NCBI GenBank assembly: GCA_050486285.1
Contig: JBJHCZ010000003.1
Coordinates: 23,886 to 87,885, forward strand
Source: Chromatiales bacterium
Lineage (GTDB): Bacteria; Pseudomonadota; Gammaproteobacteria; SZUA-140
Length of the DNA: 64,000 bases
Direction: 5' to 3'
The position numbers and the translations under genes are program-made. The notes under the pieces were generated by a model. That model had not been told where the DNA came from. It saw only the letters and a program-made list of their open reading frames with translations, and did no database searches. Positions 1 to 12,880 of this stretch are shown here, piece after piece (within the stretch, counting starts at the first letter, position 1; each line of letters begins with the position of its first letter).

Positions 1-385
1 CGACGCGGCCGTCGGGATCGAACACGCTGTGGACGTAGGGGTCGCCGAAATTGCGCAGCCAGACGATCGCCTCGTCGCGCTGATCCTTGTAGTTCAGTCC
101 GTAGATCGGCAGCACCTGCGCGCGCGCCAGATCGACGAGCAAGGGATGTTCGTAGCGGCACGACACGCACCACGAGGCCCAGACGTTCAGCATCCACACC
201 TGCCCCGCCATGTCGCGGTTCGACACCCGCACCGCCGGATTGTGCAGCTGCGGCAATTCGAATTCCGGCGCCGGCTTGCCGATCAGCGGTGACGGGATCT
301 TGCTCGGGTTCAGGAACAATCCCATCGCGAGAAACGCCGAGAGGACGAGGAAGACGCCCAGCGGTATCAGGTAACGGACGTTCAA
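1..385 (-). CDS. ccmG: Thiol:disulfide interchange protein CcmG/DsbE (cytochrome c maturation), C-terminus cut by window edge; TTG start
   Basis: Minus-strand translation [14 protein letters not shown]...WASWCVSCRYEHP has the thioredoxin CxxC and aligns to the DsbE N-terminus. No ATG is present; an in-frame TTG overlaps the ccmF stop. Confidence 0.8.
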   Translation of the reverse strand, partial: MNVRYLIPLGVFLVLSAFLAMGLFLNPSKIPSPLIGKPAPEFELPQLHNPAVRVSNRDMAGQVWMLNVWASWCVSCRYEHPLLVDLARAQVLPIYGLNYKDQRDEAIVWLRNFGDPYVHSVFDPDGRV

Positions 386-2460
386 CGCTTGGCCTCCGCC
401 AGCTTGCCGGTCGGGGCCGGCGATTTGCCGCCCTTCGCGGTCTTCGCGGCCTCGTCATCACGGCGCCGCACGCCGATGCGGTAGCGGCGGTCGCTGACCG
501 CAAGGGCGCCGCCGATCGCCATCAGCGCGCAGCCGCCCCAGATCCACCAGACGAAGGGTTTGTAATAGATACGCACGCTCCATGCGCCGCCGCCGACCGG
601 CTCGCCGAGCGAGACATAGAGGTCACGGAACAGCGTCGTGTGCAGCGAGGCCTGGGTCATCGGCATCGTCTGCACCCAGTACACGCGCTTCTCCGGCGTC
701 ATCTCGGTGATCTGGCGTCCGTTGCGGAACACCGGGAGATGGCCGCGGGCAGCATCGAAGTTCGGACCCTGACGCTCGACGACGCCGTCGAAGCGGAAGT
801 CATAACCGCCCACGGTCGCGATGTCGCCGATTTCCATGCGCAGGTCGCGCTCGATCTCGTAACTGCTGACCATGGTCACGCCGATGATGAAGATCGCGAC
901 GCCGAAGTGGGCCACCTGCATGCCCCAGTAGCTGCGAGACATGCGCGACAGCGGCGGCGCGCCGGCCTCGCGCGCGACGCGGATGCGGCGCGAGAAGCCG
1001 ACGGCGATCGAGGCGATGACCCAGACCGCCATCAGCCAGCCCAGCGCGGTCAGCGCCTTCCATTCACCGTACAGGAAAGGCACCGCGATCGCGGCGACGA
1101 TCGCCGCGCCGAAGGCCCAGCGCAGGCGGATCGCGATCTCGGGCAGGTCGGCCTTCTTCCAGCGCGCGAGCGGGCCGATGCCCATCAGGAACACCAGCGG
1201 CACCATCAGCGGGATGAACACTGCATTGAAGTACGGCGGACCGACCGAGATCTTGCCGAGATTCAGCGCGTCGAGCAGCAGCGGATACAGCGTGCCGAGC
1301 AGGACCGTGCCGCAGGCGACGACGAACAGCACATTGTTCGACAGCAGCAGGGTCTCGCGCGAGGCCGGGTTGAAACCGCCTTCGGACTTGACCTTCGGCG
1401 CGCGCAGCGCGAACAGTAGCAACGAACCGCCGATCGCGACCACCAGCATGCCGAGGATGTACAGGCCGCGCTGCGGATCGACCGCGAAGGAATGCACCGA
1501 GGTCAGCACCCCGGAACGGACGAGGAAGGTCCCGAGCAGGCTCAGCGAGAAGGCCATGATCGCGAGCAGGACGGTCCAGCTCTTGAAGATGCCGCGCTTC
1601 TCGGTGACCGCGAGCGAATGGATCAGCGCGGTGCCGACCAGCCACGGCATGAACGACGCGTTCTCGACCGGATCCCAGAACCACCAGCCGCCCCAGCCAA
1701 GCTCGTAATAGGCCCACCAGCTGCCGAGCGCGATGCCGAGCGTCAGGAACAGCCAGGCAGCGGTGGTCCACGGACGCGACCAGCGCGCCCAGGCGGCGTC
1801 GAGCCGTCCGCTCAGGAGCGCCGCGATCGCGAACGCGAACGCAACCGAGAAACCGACATAGCCCATGTACAGCAACGGCGGATGGAAGATCAGCCCGGGA
1901 TCCTGCAGCAGCGGGTTCAGGTCGCCGCCGTCCGGCGGCGCCGGGATCAGGCGGTCGAACGGATTCGAGGTCAGCAGGATGAACGACAGGAAACCGATCG
2001 AGACCACGCCGAGGACGCCGATGACCCGCGCGACCATGTCGTCCGGGAGGTTGCGGCTCAGTACGCTGACGGCGAAGGTCCAGCCCGACAGCATCATCAT
2101 CCACAGCAGCAGCGAACCCTCGTGGCCGCCCCACACCGCGGAGATCCGGTAATAGAGCGGGAGATTCGAATTCGAGTGATTGGCGACGTACTGGACCGAG
2201 AAATCGTGGGTGATGAACGCATAGGTCAGACAGATGTAGGCGATGATCACGAACACCAGCTGTCCCTGCGCGGTCGGTCGCGCAAGCCGCATCCACACGA
2301 CGTCGCCGCGGGCCGCGCCCGCGAGCGGCATCGCCGCCTGCACCACGGCCATCATCATCGCCATGATCAGCGCGAAATGGCCAATCTCCGGAATCATCGT
2401 GTCTCCCCCCTCTGCCCTTGTCCCTGCTTCAGTTGGCGCTCGCCGGAATGGCGGTGCCAT
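382..2460 (-). CDS. ccmF: Cytochrome c-type biogenesis heme lyase CcmF
   Basis: 692-aa polytopic membrane protein with the WWD motif [18 protein letters not shown]. Lies between ccmE and ccmG. Confidence 0.95.
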   Translation of the reverse strand: MAPPFRRAPTEAGTRAEGGDTMIPEIGHFALIMAMMMAVVQAAMPLAGAARGDVVWMRLARPTAQGQLVFVIIAYICLTYAFITHDFSVQYVANHSNSNLPLYYRISAVWGGHEGSLLLWMMMLSGWTFAVSVLSRNLPDDMVARVIGVLGVVSIGFLSFILLTSNPFDRLIPAPPDGGDLNPLLQDPGLIFHPPLLYMGYVGFSVAFAFAIAALLSGRLDAAWARWSRPWTTAAWLFLTLGIALGSWWAYYELGWGGWWFWDPVENASFMPWLVGTALIHSLAVTEKRGIFKSWTVLLAIMAFSLSLLGTFLVRSGVLTSVHSFAVDPQRGLYILGMLVVAIGGSLLLFALRAPKVKSEGGFNPASRETLLLSNNVLFVVACGTVLLGTLYPLLLDALNLGKISVGPPYFNAVFIPLMVPLVFLMGIGPLARWKKADLPEIAIRLRWAFGAAIVAAIAVPFLYGEWKALTALGWLMAVWVIASIAVGFSRRIRVAREAGAPPLSRMSRSYWGMQVAHFGVAIFIIGVTMVSSYEIERDLRMEIGDIATVGGYDFRFDGVVERQGPNFDAARGHLPVFRNGRQITEMTPEKRVYWVQTMPMTQASLHTTLFRDLYVSLGEPVGGGAWSVRIYYKPFVWWIWGGCALMAIGGALAVSDRRYRIGVRRRDDEAAKTAKGGKSPAPTGKLAEAKR

Positions 2461-2896
2461 CCTCGGCGATCGTCGCCCCGGCCCGTTTCAGCGCTTCGGC
2501 GACCTCGGGCGCCATATAGGTCTCGTCGTGACGCGCCAGCACCTCCTCGGCGCGGAACAGGCCGTTATCGTCGAGCCGCCCCTGGGTCACGACCCCCTGC
2601 CCCTCGCGGAACAGGTCGGGCAGGATGCCGGTGTAGACGACCGGCACGCTCTGCACGGTGTCGGTGACCAGGAATCGCACGGTCAGCCCGTCGGACTCGC
2701 GCACCACGCTGCCTGCCTCGACCAGCCCCCCGAGGCGGAACTTGCGGTCGATCGGGGCCTCGTTCGCCGCCACCTGGCTGGGGCTGAAGAAGAATACGAG
2801 ATTCCCCTGAAAGGCGTTCAGGATCAGTGCGGTGGCAATACCGATCCCGGCCAGGCCGACGGCCACGAAGGCCAGCCGTTTATGTCTGGGTTTCAT
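2429..2896 (-). CDS. ccmE: Heme chaperone CcmE
   Basis: 155 aa with an N-terminal membrane anchor and an OB-fold-like body. Position between ccmD and ccmF. Confidence 0.9.
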   Translation of the reverse strand: MKPRHKRLAFVAVGLAGIGIATALILNAFQGNLVFFFSPSQVAANEAPIDRKFRLGGLVEAGSVVRESDGLTVRFLVTDTVQSVPVVYTGILPDLFREGQGVVTQGRLDDNGLFRAEEVLARHDETYMAPEVAEALKRAGATIAEDGTAIPASAN

Positions 2897-3062
2897 GATT
2901 CATCCCCACTGGCGGATTACGATTGATTCGACCCAAACGGCTCAGCAGAGTTCGCCGTCCGCGCAGCAACGCGACGACCTCGGCAGCCATCAGGGCCGCG
3001 GTGACCCCGTAGGAGCCCCAGACATAGAGGGCATAGCCGCCCATGTCGAGCCATTCCATCAC
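2880..3062 (-). CDS. ccmD: Heme exporter protein CcmD
   Basis: 60-aa single-TM peptide between ccmC and ccmE. Overlaps both neighbours. Confidence 0.75.
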   Translation of the reverse strand: MMEWLDMGGYALYVWGSYGVTAALMAAEVVALLRGRRTLLSRLGRINRNPPVGMNHETQT

Positions 3063-3808
3063 GACCGGCGCGCCTCGCTCGCGATCACCGCGCCGACCCA
3101 GTCACTGTGCCGTTCGCGCTCGAGGATCTCCGAACGGACGCGCATCAGCGCAACCGCTATGGTATAGAGCCAGAACGCGAATGTCATGAGCAATAACCCG
3201 ACAAACATTGAGGTCTCCATCGTCGGCGCGCTCCTTGCGGTGATCGAGGCCCCCTGGTGCAGCGTGTTCCACCATTGCACCGAGAAATAGATGATCGGGA
3301 TGTTGACGACCCCGACCAGGGCGAGCAGACCGCTCGCGCGCGCCGCGCGCCGGGGGTCGTCGATCGCCGCGTTCAGCGCGATGAAGCCGAGATACAGGAA
3401 CAGCAGGATCAGCTCCGAGGTCAGACGCGCGTCCCAGACCCACCAGGTGCCCCACATCGGCTTGCCCCACAAGGCGCCGGTCCACAGCGCGAGGAACGTG
3501 AAGATCGCGCCGGTCGGCGCGAGCGCGCGCGCCATGTAGCTCGACAGCCGGGTGTTGAAGATCAGCCCGGCGCCGGCCCAGCCGGCCATGACGACGTAGA
3601 TGAACATCGACATCCACGCCGCCGGCACATGGATATAGATGATCCGGTAGGCCTCGCCCTGCTGGTAGTCCGTCGGGGCGACGAAGAAACCGACATACAG
3701 CCCGACCACGGTCAGCACCGCCGCCGCGCCCGCGACCCACGGGATCAGCGCGCCGGCCAGCGGGTAGAAGCTGGCGGGGGAGGAATACTTGAACCAGTTG
3801 ATGCTCAT
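3059..3808 (-). CDS. ccmC: Heme exporter protein CcmC
   Basis: Starts MSINWFKYSS. Carries the WGKPMWGTWWVWDARLTSE WWD motif. The longer 423-aa ORF start upstream is rejected. Confidence 0.9.
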   Translation of the reverse strand: MSINWFKYSSPASFYPLAGALIPWVAGAAAVLTVVGLYVGFFVAPTDYQQGEAYRIIYIHVPAAWMSMFIYVVMAGWAGAGLIFNTRLSSYMARALAPTGAIFTFLALWTGALWGKPMWGTWWVWDARLTSELILLFLYLGFIALNAAIDDPRRAARASGLLALVGVVNIPIIYFSVQWWNTLHQGASITARSAPTMETSMFVGLLLMTFAFWLYTIAVALMRVRSEILERERHSDWVGAVIASEARRS

Positions 3809-3828
3809 CAATGCCAATCCATGCGTAT

Positions 3829-4512
3829 TCAATCGAGCGATATCCGCAACGCCGCCGCCGTCACCCACGGTCCGAAACACAGCGTCAGCACCAGGAATGC
3901 CCCCAGCAGGGACAGATGGGCCGCGGCGTCCATCCCCGCCGCCGTTGCCTCGACCGCCCCGGCGCCGAAGATCAGCACCGGGACGTACAGTGGCAGAACC
4001 AGTAATGATATCAGCACACCGCCTCCGCGTAACCCCAGCGTCAGCGCGGCGCCGACGGCGCCGATCAGGCTCAGCGCCGGGGTCCCGAGCAGGAGCGCGA
4101 GCATCAGCACCCACAAAACCTCGCCGTCGAGCCCGAATTGCAGACCCAGCAACGGCGAGATCAATACCAGCGGCGCGCCGGTCACCAGCCAGTGCGCGGC
4201 GACCTTGCCGAGGACCAGCAGCGACAGCGGCTGGGGCGCCAGCAGCATCTGTTCCAGCGTGCCGTCGCTGTAATCGGCGTTGAACAGCCGCCCGAGCGCC
4301 AGCATCGACGCCAGCAGGGCAGCCACCCACAGCACGCCCGGCGCGATCGCCTCGAGGATCCCGAGCGCGGGCCCGACGCCGAGCGGGAACAGGCTGACGA
4401 CGATGACGAAGAAGATCAGCGTCGTCAGCACGTCGACGAGCCGGCGCCCGGCCAGCGTCAGGTCACGGACCAGCACGCACCCGAGGATTGCGAACGGACC
4501 GGGCCGGTTCAT
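3829..4512 (-). CDS. ccmB: Heme exporter permease CcmB
   Basis: 227-aa polytopic membrane protein in operon position. Confidence 0.9.
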   Translation of the reverse strand: MNRPGPFAILGCVLVRDLTLAGRRLVDVLTTLIFFVIVVSLFPLGVGPALGILEAIAPGVLWVAALLASMLALGRLFNADYSDGTLEQMLLAPQPLSLLVLGKVAAHWLVTGAPLVLISPLLGLQFGLDGEVLWVLMLALLLGTPALSLIGAVGAALTLGLRGGGVLISLLVLPLYVPVLIFGAGAVEATAAGMDAAAHLSLLGAFLVLTLCFGPWVTAAALRISLD

Positions 4513-5126
4513 GCGCCCATCCTGATCTGCTTGACCGTCGCCGCATCGATCACGACCGGCTGGTGCGTCGTCAGCACCGCCATGCCGCCGCGGTCGAGAT
4601 GCGCACGGATCGTCGTCCGCAGCAGTTCGACCGCGGCGGCGTCGAGCGCGTTGAACGGCTCATCGAGTACCCACAGGCGCGCCTCGGTCAACAGCAGCCG
4701 GGCGAGGCCGACACGCCGTTTCTGACCCTGGGACAACACCCGGGTCGGAAGATCCTCGTAACCGGCCATGCCGATGCGCGCGAGCGCGTCCAGCGCCTCG
4801 GTCTCGCCGACCGCGATGCCGGCGAGGCGGCCGCTGATGCGCAGGTTCTCGAGCGCGGTCAGCTCGTCCTTGATCGCGTTGTGATGACCGCAATAGGCAA
4901 GGTCCGCGCGGAAGAGATCGCCGAGGGCGCCGATCTCCTGCCCGTCCCACAGCACACGCCCCGCGGCCGGCAACACCATGCCGCACAGCATCCTGAGCAA
5001 TGTGGTCTTGCCGCTGCCGTTCGGCCCGTTCACGTACAGCAGCTCGGCGGGCGCGAGTTCGAAACTCAGTCCGGCGAACAGGCCGCGGTCCCCCCGGATC
5101 GCCGCGAGGGCCTCACCCTGCAACAT
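4509..5126 (-). CDS. ccmA: Heme exporter ATP-binding protein CcmA
   Basis: Walker A GPNGSGKTT, ABC signature LSQGQKRR, Walker B LWVLDEP. Confidence 0.9.
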   Translation of the reverse strand: MLQGEALAAIRGDRGLFAGLSFELAPAELLYVNGPNGSGKTTLLRMLCGMVLPAAGRVLWDGQEIGALGDLFRADLAYCGHHNAIKDELTALENLRISGRLAGIAVGETEALDALARIGMAGYEDLPTRVLSQGQKRRVGLARLLLTEARLWVLDEPFNALDAAAVELLRTTIRAHLDRGGMAVLTTHQPVVIDAATVKQIRMGA

Positions 5127-5256
5127 CGCTCAGGCACCGCCCTGCAGACGTTTCCGCGCGTGACCCATATCGTGTGACGTAAGCCGTGGAATGGATGGGA
5201 GAAACTGTGGCCGGCAAGTGTCTCACATGAGACCCCCGGCGACAAGGCAAACAAAC

Positions 5257-5289
5257 GGGGTCAGAGTAGACTACGTCTACTCTGACCCC
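5257..5289. repeat. REP-like palindrome GGGGTCAGAGTAGAC-TAC-GTCTACTCTGACCCC (15-bp stem)
   Basis: Perfect inverted repeat directly downstream of the TonB receptor stop. The same arm sequence recurs at 32841-32923, 36549-36577 and 42418-42450. Confidence 0.6.
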
Positions 5290-5295
5290 GTCATT

Positions 5296-7545
<2,250 letters not shown>

Positions 7546-7661
7546 CAATCTCTGCTCCCTCTCCCGGTCTGCCCGGTTCGCCAGTGGTGATGTTGCCCGT
7601 CGCTGGATCTCGCCGGGTCGAGGGCCGCAGTATTTCAGGACCACTTACGGATGTCAATACA

Positions 7662-7686
7662 AATACGAGTCATTATCATTCGTATT
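7662..7686. promoter_or_regulatory. Fur-box-like AT-rich element AATACGAGTCATTATCATTCGTATT upstream of the TonB-dependent receptor
   Basis: The TCATTATCATT core resembles the Fur consensus half GATAATGATAATCATTATC and is flanked by a 7-bp inverted repeat. It is the only AT-rich patch in the divergent 7546-7779 intergenic region. Confidence 0.3.
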
Positions 7687-7779
7687 ATTCAATGCATTTG
7701 TCTCCGGCTGTCCCGGACCCGCCCATTTGGTTAGAATCCCGTTGAAGATGAAGCGATTCCCCGGCCACGCAGGACATCC

Positions 7780-8739
7780 ATGAACGAGCCCTTCGAGCGC
7801 CTCCGCGCGCATATCGGCCGCTGCGTGATCGGCCAACCCCGGCTGGTCGAGCGCCTGCTGACGACGATCCTGACCGGCGGGCACGCGCTGCTCGAGGGTC
7901 CGCCGGGCCTCGCCAAGACCACCGCGGTGCGCGCCCTCGCCGGCGGCATGGCGCTCGGCTTCCAGCGCATCCAGTTCACGCCGGACATGATCCCCGGCGA
8001 CATCACCGGCACCGACATCCTGCTGCCGCGCGACCACCGTTTCGAATTCGTGCCGGGGCCGATCTTTCACGAGATCATCCTCGCCGACGAGATCAATCGC
8101 GCCCCGCCGAAGGTACAGTCGGCCCTGCTCGAAGCGATGCAGGAACGCCAGGTCACGGTCGGCGGCACGACGCATCGCTTGCCGCCGGTATTCATGGTCA
8201 TCGCGACCCAGAACCCGATCGAGCAGGAAGGCACCTATCCGCTGCCGGAGGCGCAGCTCGACCGCTTCCAGATGAAGATATGCATCGACTACCCGGATGC
8301 GGACGAGGAGCTCGCGATCCTGCGACTGGACCGCGCGCGTCATGAAGGCCGAGATCCGCTGGAGGACATCGAGGTCGTCATGGACAGCGATCAGTTGCTG
8401 GACGCGCGCCGTCAGGTGACTGCGGTCTATCTCGACGAGATGCTCGAACGCTACATCGTCGCCCTGGTCGGCGCGACCCGCGCGCCCGCGCGGGTCGATG
8501 CCGAACTCGCCGAGTGGCTGAATCGCGGGGCCTCGCCGCGGGCGTCGCTCGCGCTCGCGCAGACCGCGCGCGCGCGTGCCTGGCTGTCCGGTCGCGACTT
8601 CGTCGAGCCCGACGACATCATCGCGCTGGCGCCCGATGTCCTCGGCCATCGGATCGGGCTTGCCTTCGGGGCGCATGCCGCGGGCGTCGCGCCCGAGCGC
8701 GCAATCGCGCGCATCACCGAATGCGTACCGGTCCCCTGA
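7780..8739 (+). CDS. MoxR-family AAA+ ATPase
   Basis: Walker A GPPGLAKT and typical MoxR length (319 aa). First gene of a MoxR/DUF58/VWA operon. Confidence 0.9.
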   Translation: MNEPFERLRAHIGRCVIGQPRLVERLLTTILTGGHALLEGPPGLAKTTAVRALAGGMALGFQRIQFTPDMIPGDITGTDILLPRDHRFEFVPGPIFHEIILADEINRAPPKVQSALLEAMQERQVTVGGTTHRLPPVFMVIATQNPIEQEGTYPLPEAQLDRFQMKICIDYPDADEELAILRLDRARHEGRDPLEDIEVVMDSDQLLDARRQVTAVYLDEMLERYIVALVGATRAPARVDAELAEWLNRGASPRASLALAQTARARAWLSGRDFVEPDDIIALAPDVLGHRIGLAFGAHAAGVAPERAIARITECVPVP

Positions 8740-9668
8740 GCCGGCAGGCTGCGCCACCTGCCCCGTTGCTCGGCCCCGCCGAACTCGAACAGTTGCGCGA
8801 GATCGCGCTGCGCCGCCGCTCGCGGCGCTACCGCACCTTCCCTGCCGCCGCCGGCACGGGACCGAGGCCGACGCACTGGCACGGCCAGGGGATGGAACTG
8901 CACGACGCGCGGCCCTACCAGCCGGGCGACGACATCCGCCACCTCGACTGGCGCGCGACCGCGCGCAGCGGCAAGCCGGTCAGCAAGCTCTTCGTCGAGG
9001 AACGCGCGCGGGCGCTGTTCCTGCTGATCGACCGCCGTCCGTCGATGATGTTCGGCACGCGCCGCGAGCTGAAGGCCGCGACTGCCGCCCGCGTCGCGGC
9101 GATCCTCGCGTTCTCGGCGCTCGCCGAGCGTGAACCGGTGTCGGGCGTCGTGCTCGATGAACGGGGTGGACGCTATTTCCCGCCGACACGCACCATCGAC
9201 GGCGTCCTGTCGCTGTTGCTCGCCGCCGCCGCAGCGCCGCAGTTGCCGCGACACGGCGCGGCGTCACCCGCGCCGGCGGTGGTCGCCGATGTCCTGCCGG
9301 GCCTGCTCGCTACCGGCACGACCTGCTGCCTGATCAGCGATTTCGAGACGGTACTCGCAGGCGATGCCGACCTCGCTGATCTGCTCCCGCACCAGACCGC
9401 CGCGCAGGCCGCGGAACGCGTAGCGCTGCGCATCACGGACATTGCCGAGCGGCGGCTCCCGAACGCCGGGGTGCTGCGGCTCGCCGCGCCCGGCGGCGGC
9501 GCCAGCGCGCTGATCGATACCGGAGATCCGGAACTCCGCCGGCGTCTGCGCGCGGCGATCCTCGAACGCGACCGGCGCTTGCGGGACGCCTGCCGACGCC
9601 ACGGCGTCACGCTGCTCGAGATCCATAACGACGCCGACCTGCCGGCGCAGCTCGACGCCCTGCTATGA
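8721..9668 (+). CDS. DUF58-family protein (MoxR partner, VWA-like)
   Basis: Motif LHDARPYQPGDDIRHLDWRATARSGKPVSKLFVEE is typical of DUF58. Start chosen at MRTGPLS overlapping the MoxR stop; the longer 8514 start is rejected. Confidence 0.8.
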   Translation: MRTGPLSRQAAPPAPLLGPAELEQLREIALRRRSRRYRTFPAAAGTGPRPTHWHGQGMELHDARPYQPGDDIRHLDWRATARSGKPVSKLFVEERARALFLLIDRRPSMMFGTRRELKAATAARVAAILAFSALAEREPVSGVVLDERGGRYFPPTRTIDGVLSLLLAAAAAPQLPRHGAASPAPAVVADVLPGLLATGTTCCLISDFETVLAGDADLADLLPHQTAAQAAERVALRITDIAERRLPNAGVLRLAAPGGGASALIDTGDPELRRRLRAAILERDRRLRDACRRHGVTLLEIHNDADLPAQLDALL

Positions 9669-10165
9669 CCGGCATGATCGCCGACAGCGCGGCGCTGGCG
9701 ACGCTCGCGGATATCGAACTGCCGATCCCGCCGGAGGCGCCGTCGCTGGTCCTGCTCGTGCTCACCGTCCTCGCGGTCGCAGCCGTCATCGCCATATTGC
9801 TGTTGTGGCAACGACGCGGCGCCGCGCCCGGACATGCGCCCGAAGCGGAACCGTCCCGCCTGCCGGTCGGGCAACAGGCCTTGCAACGCCTCGCCGCGCT
9901 GGAGGCCGCATGGTCTGCCGGCCGCATCAACGATCGCGAGGCCGGATTCCGTTTGTGCACGCTTCTGCGGCTGGGGCTCGGACTCGCGCAGATCGACGGC
10001 GCGCGCCCGCCTGCAGGCGTCGATGACGGTCGCTGGCGCGCCTTCGTCTCCCGATTGCGCGAGATACGCTATCGCCCGTACCATGCGCCCGTGACTGCAG
10101 CGCTGTTCGAACAGGCGCGTGACTGGCTCGCCCCTCACCCAGCGCCGGGGCATGCCGATGTTTGA
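9665..10165 (+). CDS. Small membrane protein, DUF4381-like, typical of Bat operons
   Basis: 166 aa with one TM helix (LVLLVLTVLAVAAVIAILLLW). Sits between the DUF58 and BatA genes with ATGA overlap to the upstream stop. Confidence 0.5.
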   Translation: MTGMIADSAALATLADIELPIPPEAPSLVLLVLTVLAVAAVIAILLLWQRRGAAPGHAPEAEPSRLPVGQQALQRLAALEAAWSAGRINDREAGFRLCTLLRLGLGLAQIDGARPPAGVDDGRWRAFVSRLREIRYRPYHAPVTAALFEQARDWLAPHPAPGHADV

Positions 10166-11153
10166 ACTCGCGACTCCGCTGTGGCTGCTGCTGCTGCCGG
10201 CGCCGGCGCTGGCATGGTGGCTCGGCGGACGCCGTCGGTCCGGCGGCGACGAGGACGCGGCGCTGCTGCACCCGCAGGCCGCGCTGCTCGCCCGCCTGCA
10301 ATCGCCGTCGCGCGCGACGACCGCGATCCCCTGGGCCTGGCTGCTCGCTTGCGCGCTGCTGGTCGCGGCGCTGGCGCGGCCGCAATGGATCGTCACCGAT
10401 CCTGCGGACGGGATACCCGGCCACAATGTGATCTTCGCGATCGACGTCTCGGGCTCGATGCGCATCCTCGACTATGCGATCGACGGCAGGACGGTCAGTC
10501 GGCTCGACATGCTCAAGCACACGCTGAGCGGATTTCTGGAGCAGGCGCCGCGACTGCGCGTCGGTATCGTCGTGTTCGGCGACGATGTCATGACCTGGTC
10601 GCCGCTGACGACGGACCTCGCGCTCGCTGCGCAACTCGTCGCCGGGATCGACAACAGCCTCGCCGGCGAGCGCACCGCGCTCGGCGACGCGATGGCCCTG
10701 TCGATACGCCGGCTCCAGGCGGTCACCGACGCGGATGCGTCGCGGGTACTCGTGGTACTGACCGACGGCGTGCCGACCGCAGGCACGATCGATCCCCTCA
10801 CCGCCGTCGAACTCGCGCGCGCAGCCGGCATCCGCGTCTACACCGTCGGGCTCGGCACGGAGAATCCCGCGCCGTTCCCGCTCGGTCGCGATGGCGAACA
10901 TACCCTCGCCGACATCCCGCTCGACGAGGCCTTCCTCGCGGACATCGCCGCGCGCGGCGACGGCAACTTCTACCGGATCCGCCACAGCACCGACCTGTTG
11001 CAGGCCCTCGACGACATCGACCGGCTCGAACAGTCGCGCCTGCCGGCGCGCGCGGAGGCGCGCGAATGGTACTGGCTGCCCGCGCTGGCCGGGCTGGCCT
11101 TGCTGGTCCTCGCCGATCGCCGGTCATTCGCGCGTGCCGGGGCGCCGGCATGA
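10152..11153 (+). CDS. BatA-like VWA-domain membrane protein
   Basis: N-terminal MFELATPLWLLLLP TM segment and a VWA MIDAS motif FAIDVSGSM. Confidence 0.8.
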   Translation: MPMFELATPLWLLLLPAPALAWWLGGRRRSGGDEDAALLHPQAALLARLQSPSRATTAIPWAWLLACALLVAALARPQWIVTDPADGIPGHNVIFAIDVSGSMRILDYAIDGRTVSRLDMLKHTLSGFLEQAPRLRVGIVVFGDDVMTWSPLTTDLALAAQLVAGIDNSLAGERTALGDAMALSIRRLQAVTDADASRVLVVLTDGVPTAGTIDPLTAVELARAAGIRVYTVGLGTENPAPFPLGRDGEHTLADIPLDEAFLADIAARGDGNFYRIRHSTDLLQALDDIDRLEQSRLPARAEAREWYWLPALAGLALLVLADRRSFARAGAPA

Positions 11154-12880
11154 GCGCGTGGGTCCCCGCCGTAGGCTTCGATCAGCCGTTATGGCTGCTG
11201 CTCGTGCCGCTGGTCTGGGTGCTGTATCGCTGGCGTCGCCGTCCCGGCGGGACGCCTGACGGCCTGCAGGCCTATGCCGATGCCCGCCTGCTGCCCTGGC
11301 TGGTGCTGACGCCGGGCCGGTCGTCCGCCGCGTGGCTGGGCCTGCTCGCGTGGCTGCTGATCGTCGTCGCCCTCGGCGGTCCGGTCCTGCTCGACCGGCA
11401 GACGACCGAGCGGCGCGCCGCGCTCGACATCGCGGTGATCCTCGACATCTCGCCGTCGATGCGCGCGGGCGACGTCGAACCGGACCGCCTGCAGCGTGCG
11501 CGCCTCGAACTGCATGACCTGCTGCAGCGCCTGCGCGGCGATCGCGTGGCGCTGATCGCATTCTCGGCCCATGCCTATCCGGTACTGCCGCTGACGGATG
11601 ACCTCGCCGCGATCCCGTGGTATCTCGATGCCCTGGAGCCGGGGCTGACCCGGCTCGCCGGCAGCAACGTCGTGCCTGCGCTCGAACTCGCCGCACGGAC
11701 GCTCGACGCCGCCGCGGGCGGCGGGCGCGCGATCCTGTTGCTGAGCGACGGAGAATTCCCGGACAGTGCCGAGGCGCTGGCCGCAGCGGACCGGCTCGCG
11801 CGGCGCGGCATTCCGCTCTTCGCGCTCGGCGTCGGGACGGCGAGCGGGGCGCCGGTACCGGCGGCGGGCGGCTTCCACCGCGACGGCGACGGCAACCTCG
11901 TCGTATCGCGACTCGATCGCGAATTACTGAGCGAGATCGCCGCGCGCACCGGCGGGGGATATGCCGACCTGCGCGCCGACGGCGGTGGCTGGGAATCGTT
12001 GTTGCGGGGACTGTCGGCGCTGGCGCGCGCCGAACGGCCGTCATCGGCGCAGCCGAGCGGCCTGCCGCTGTGGCCGTGGCTGCTCGCCGGCGGACTCCTG
12101 CTGCTGATCGCGCTGCGCCTGCGCGCGCCGCTCCCGGCCTTGCCCGGGCTGGCACTGGCCGGGCTGGCACTGCTGGCGCTCAGCCCGATCGCCGATGCCT
12201 CGCCATCGGCCGAGCGCGCCGCATTCGAGGCGCTGAGCGCGGGGCGGCTGGCCGAGGCCGAGGCCTTGTATCGCGACCTCGACAGCTTCAATGGTCGGCT
12301 CGGCGCCGGCGCCGTCGCCTGGCGGCAGGCGCGCTTCGGCATGGCGCGCGAGCGCTTCGCCGAGGCGGAGCGGCGCGCCGGGAATGATACCGAGCGCGCG
12401 ATCGCGATCTATAACCAGGGCAATGCGCTGGCCCGCCTCGGTCGGCTCGCGGAGGCCATGCGGGCATACGATGACGCGCTGGCGCTGCACCCCAACCATG
12501 CGCGCGCCGCGCTCAATCGCGACATCGTCGGTCGCGTGCTTGGACGCGCCACGGGCGACGACCCCGACGCGACGCCGCGCATCACGCCTGATGCCGACGA
12601 TGTCAGCCCGGGTGATCAGAGGGACCGCGACGCCAGCGGCGAGGCGCGCGCGGTCGAGGGTGACGGCGGCGACCGCGGCAGCGGACGCGCGCAGGTCATC
12701 GCCCGGCCGCTGCCCGGCGGCCGGCAGCCGATGCAGGCCGGCGGCAGCGCCGGCGAATCGGCGCAGGCAGCGCTCGCGCGCATCGATGCCGTCGAGGATC
12801 ATGCCGCCGAGGTGCTGCGCCATCGCTTCATGCTGATGGACGCCGACCGGCCCCGCGTCGAGGAATCCCGGCCATGGTAG
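11150..12880 (+). CDS. BatB/BatC-like VWA plus TPR protein
   Basis: Start MSAWVPAVGFDQPLWLLLVPL with ATGA overlap to BatA. VWA motif DIAVILDISPSM and TPR-like repeats (AIAIYNQGNALARLGRLAEAMRAYDDALALHP). The 899-aa ORF at 10181 is an out-of-frame artefact. Confidence 0.75.
   Translation: MSAWVPAVGFDQPLWLLLVPLVWVLYRWRRRPGGTPDGLQAYADARLLPWLVLTPGRSSAAWLGLLAWLLIVVALGGPVLLDRQTTERRAALDIAVILDISPSMRAGDVEPDRLQRARLELHDLLQRLRGDRVALIAFSAHAYPVLPLTDDLAAIPWYLDALEPGLTRLAGSNVVPALELAARTLDAAAGGGRAILLLSDGEFPDSAEALAAADRLARRGIPLFALGVGTASGAPVPAAGGFHRDGDGNLVVSRLDRELLSEIAARTGGGYADLRADGGGWESLLRGLSALARAERPSSAQPSGLPLWPWLLAGGLLLLIALRLRAPLPALPGLALAGLALLALSPIADASPSAERAAFEALSAGRLAEAEALYRDLDSFNGRLGAGAVAWRQARFGMARERFAEAERRAGNDTERAIAIYNQGNALARLGRLAEAMRAYDDALALHPNHARAALNRDIVGRVLGRATGDDPDATPRITPDADDVSPGDQRDRDASGEARAVEGDGGDRGSGRAQVIARPLPGGRQPMQAGGSAGESAQAALARIDAVEDHAAEVLRHRFMLMDADRPRVEESRPW

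Noticed and set aside
289-2667. Long plus-strand ORFs (289-1419, 941-1708, 1492-2667, 2243-2926) opposite ccmF/ccmE
   Set aside because: Arg/Ala/Pro-rich, low-complexity translations typical of antisense frames in high-GC DNA. The minus-strand genes have clear conserved Ccm motifs.
3059-4330. 423-aa version of the ccmC ORF and 368-aa version of the dsbA-like ORF (14890-15996)
   Set aside because: The N-terminal extensions are Arg/Ala/Gly-rich read-through of intergenic or upstream coding sequence. Conserved homology and signal peptides start at the internal Met codons used in the feature list.
10181-12880. 899-aa plus-strand ORF spanning batA and batB
   Set aside because: Out of frame relative to the BatA VWA domain and a Arg/Ala/Gly-rich artefact. 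The BatB part is real, but its start is at 11150 with ATGA coupling to BatA.
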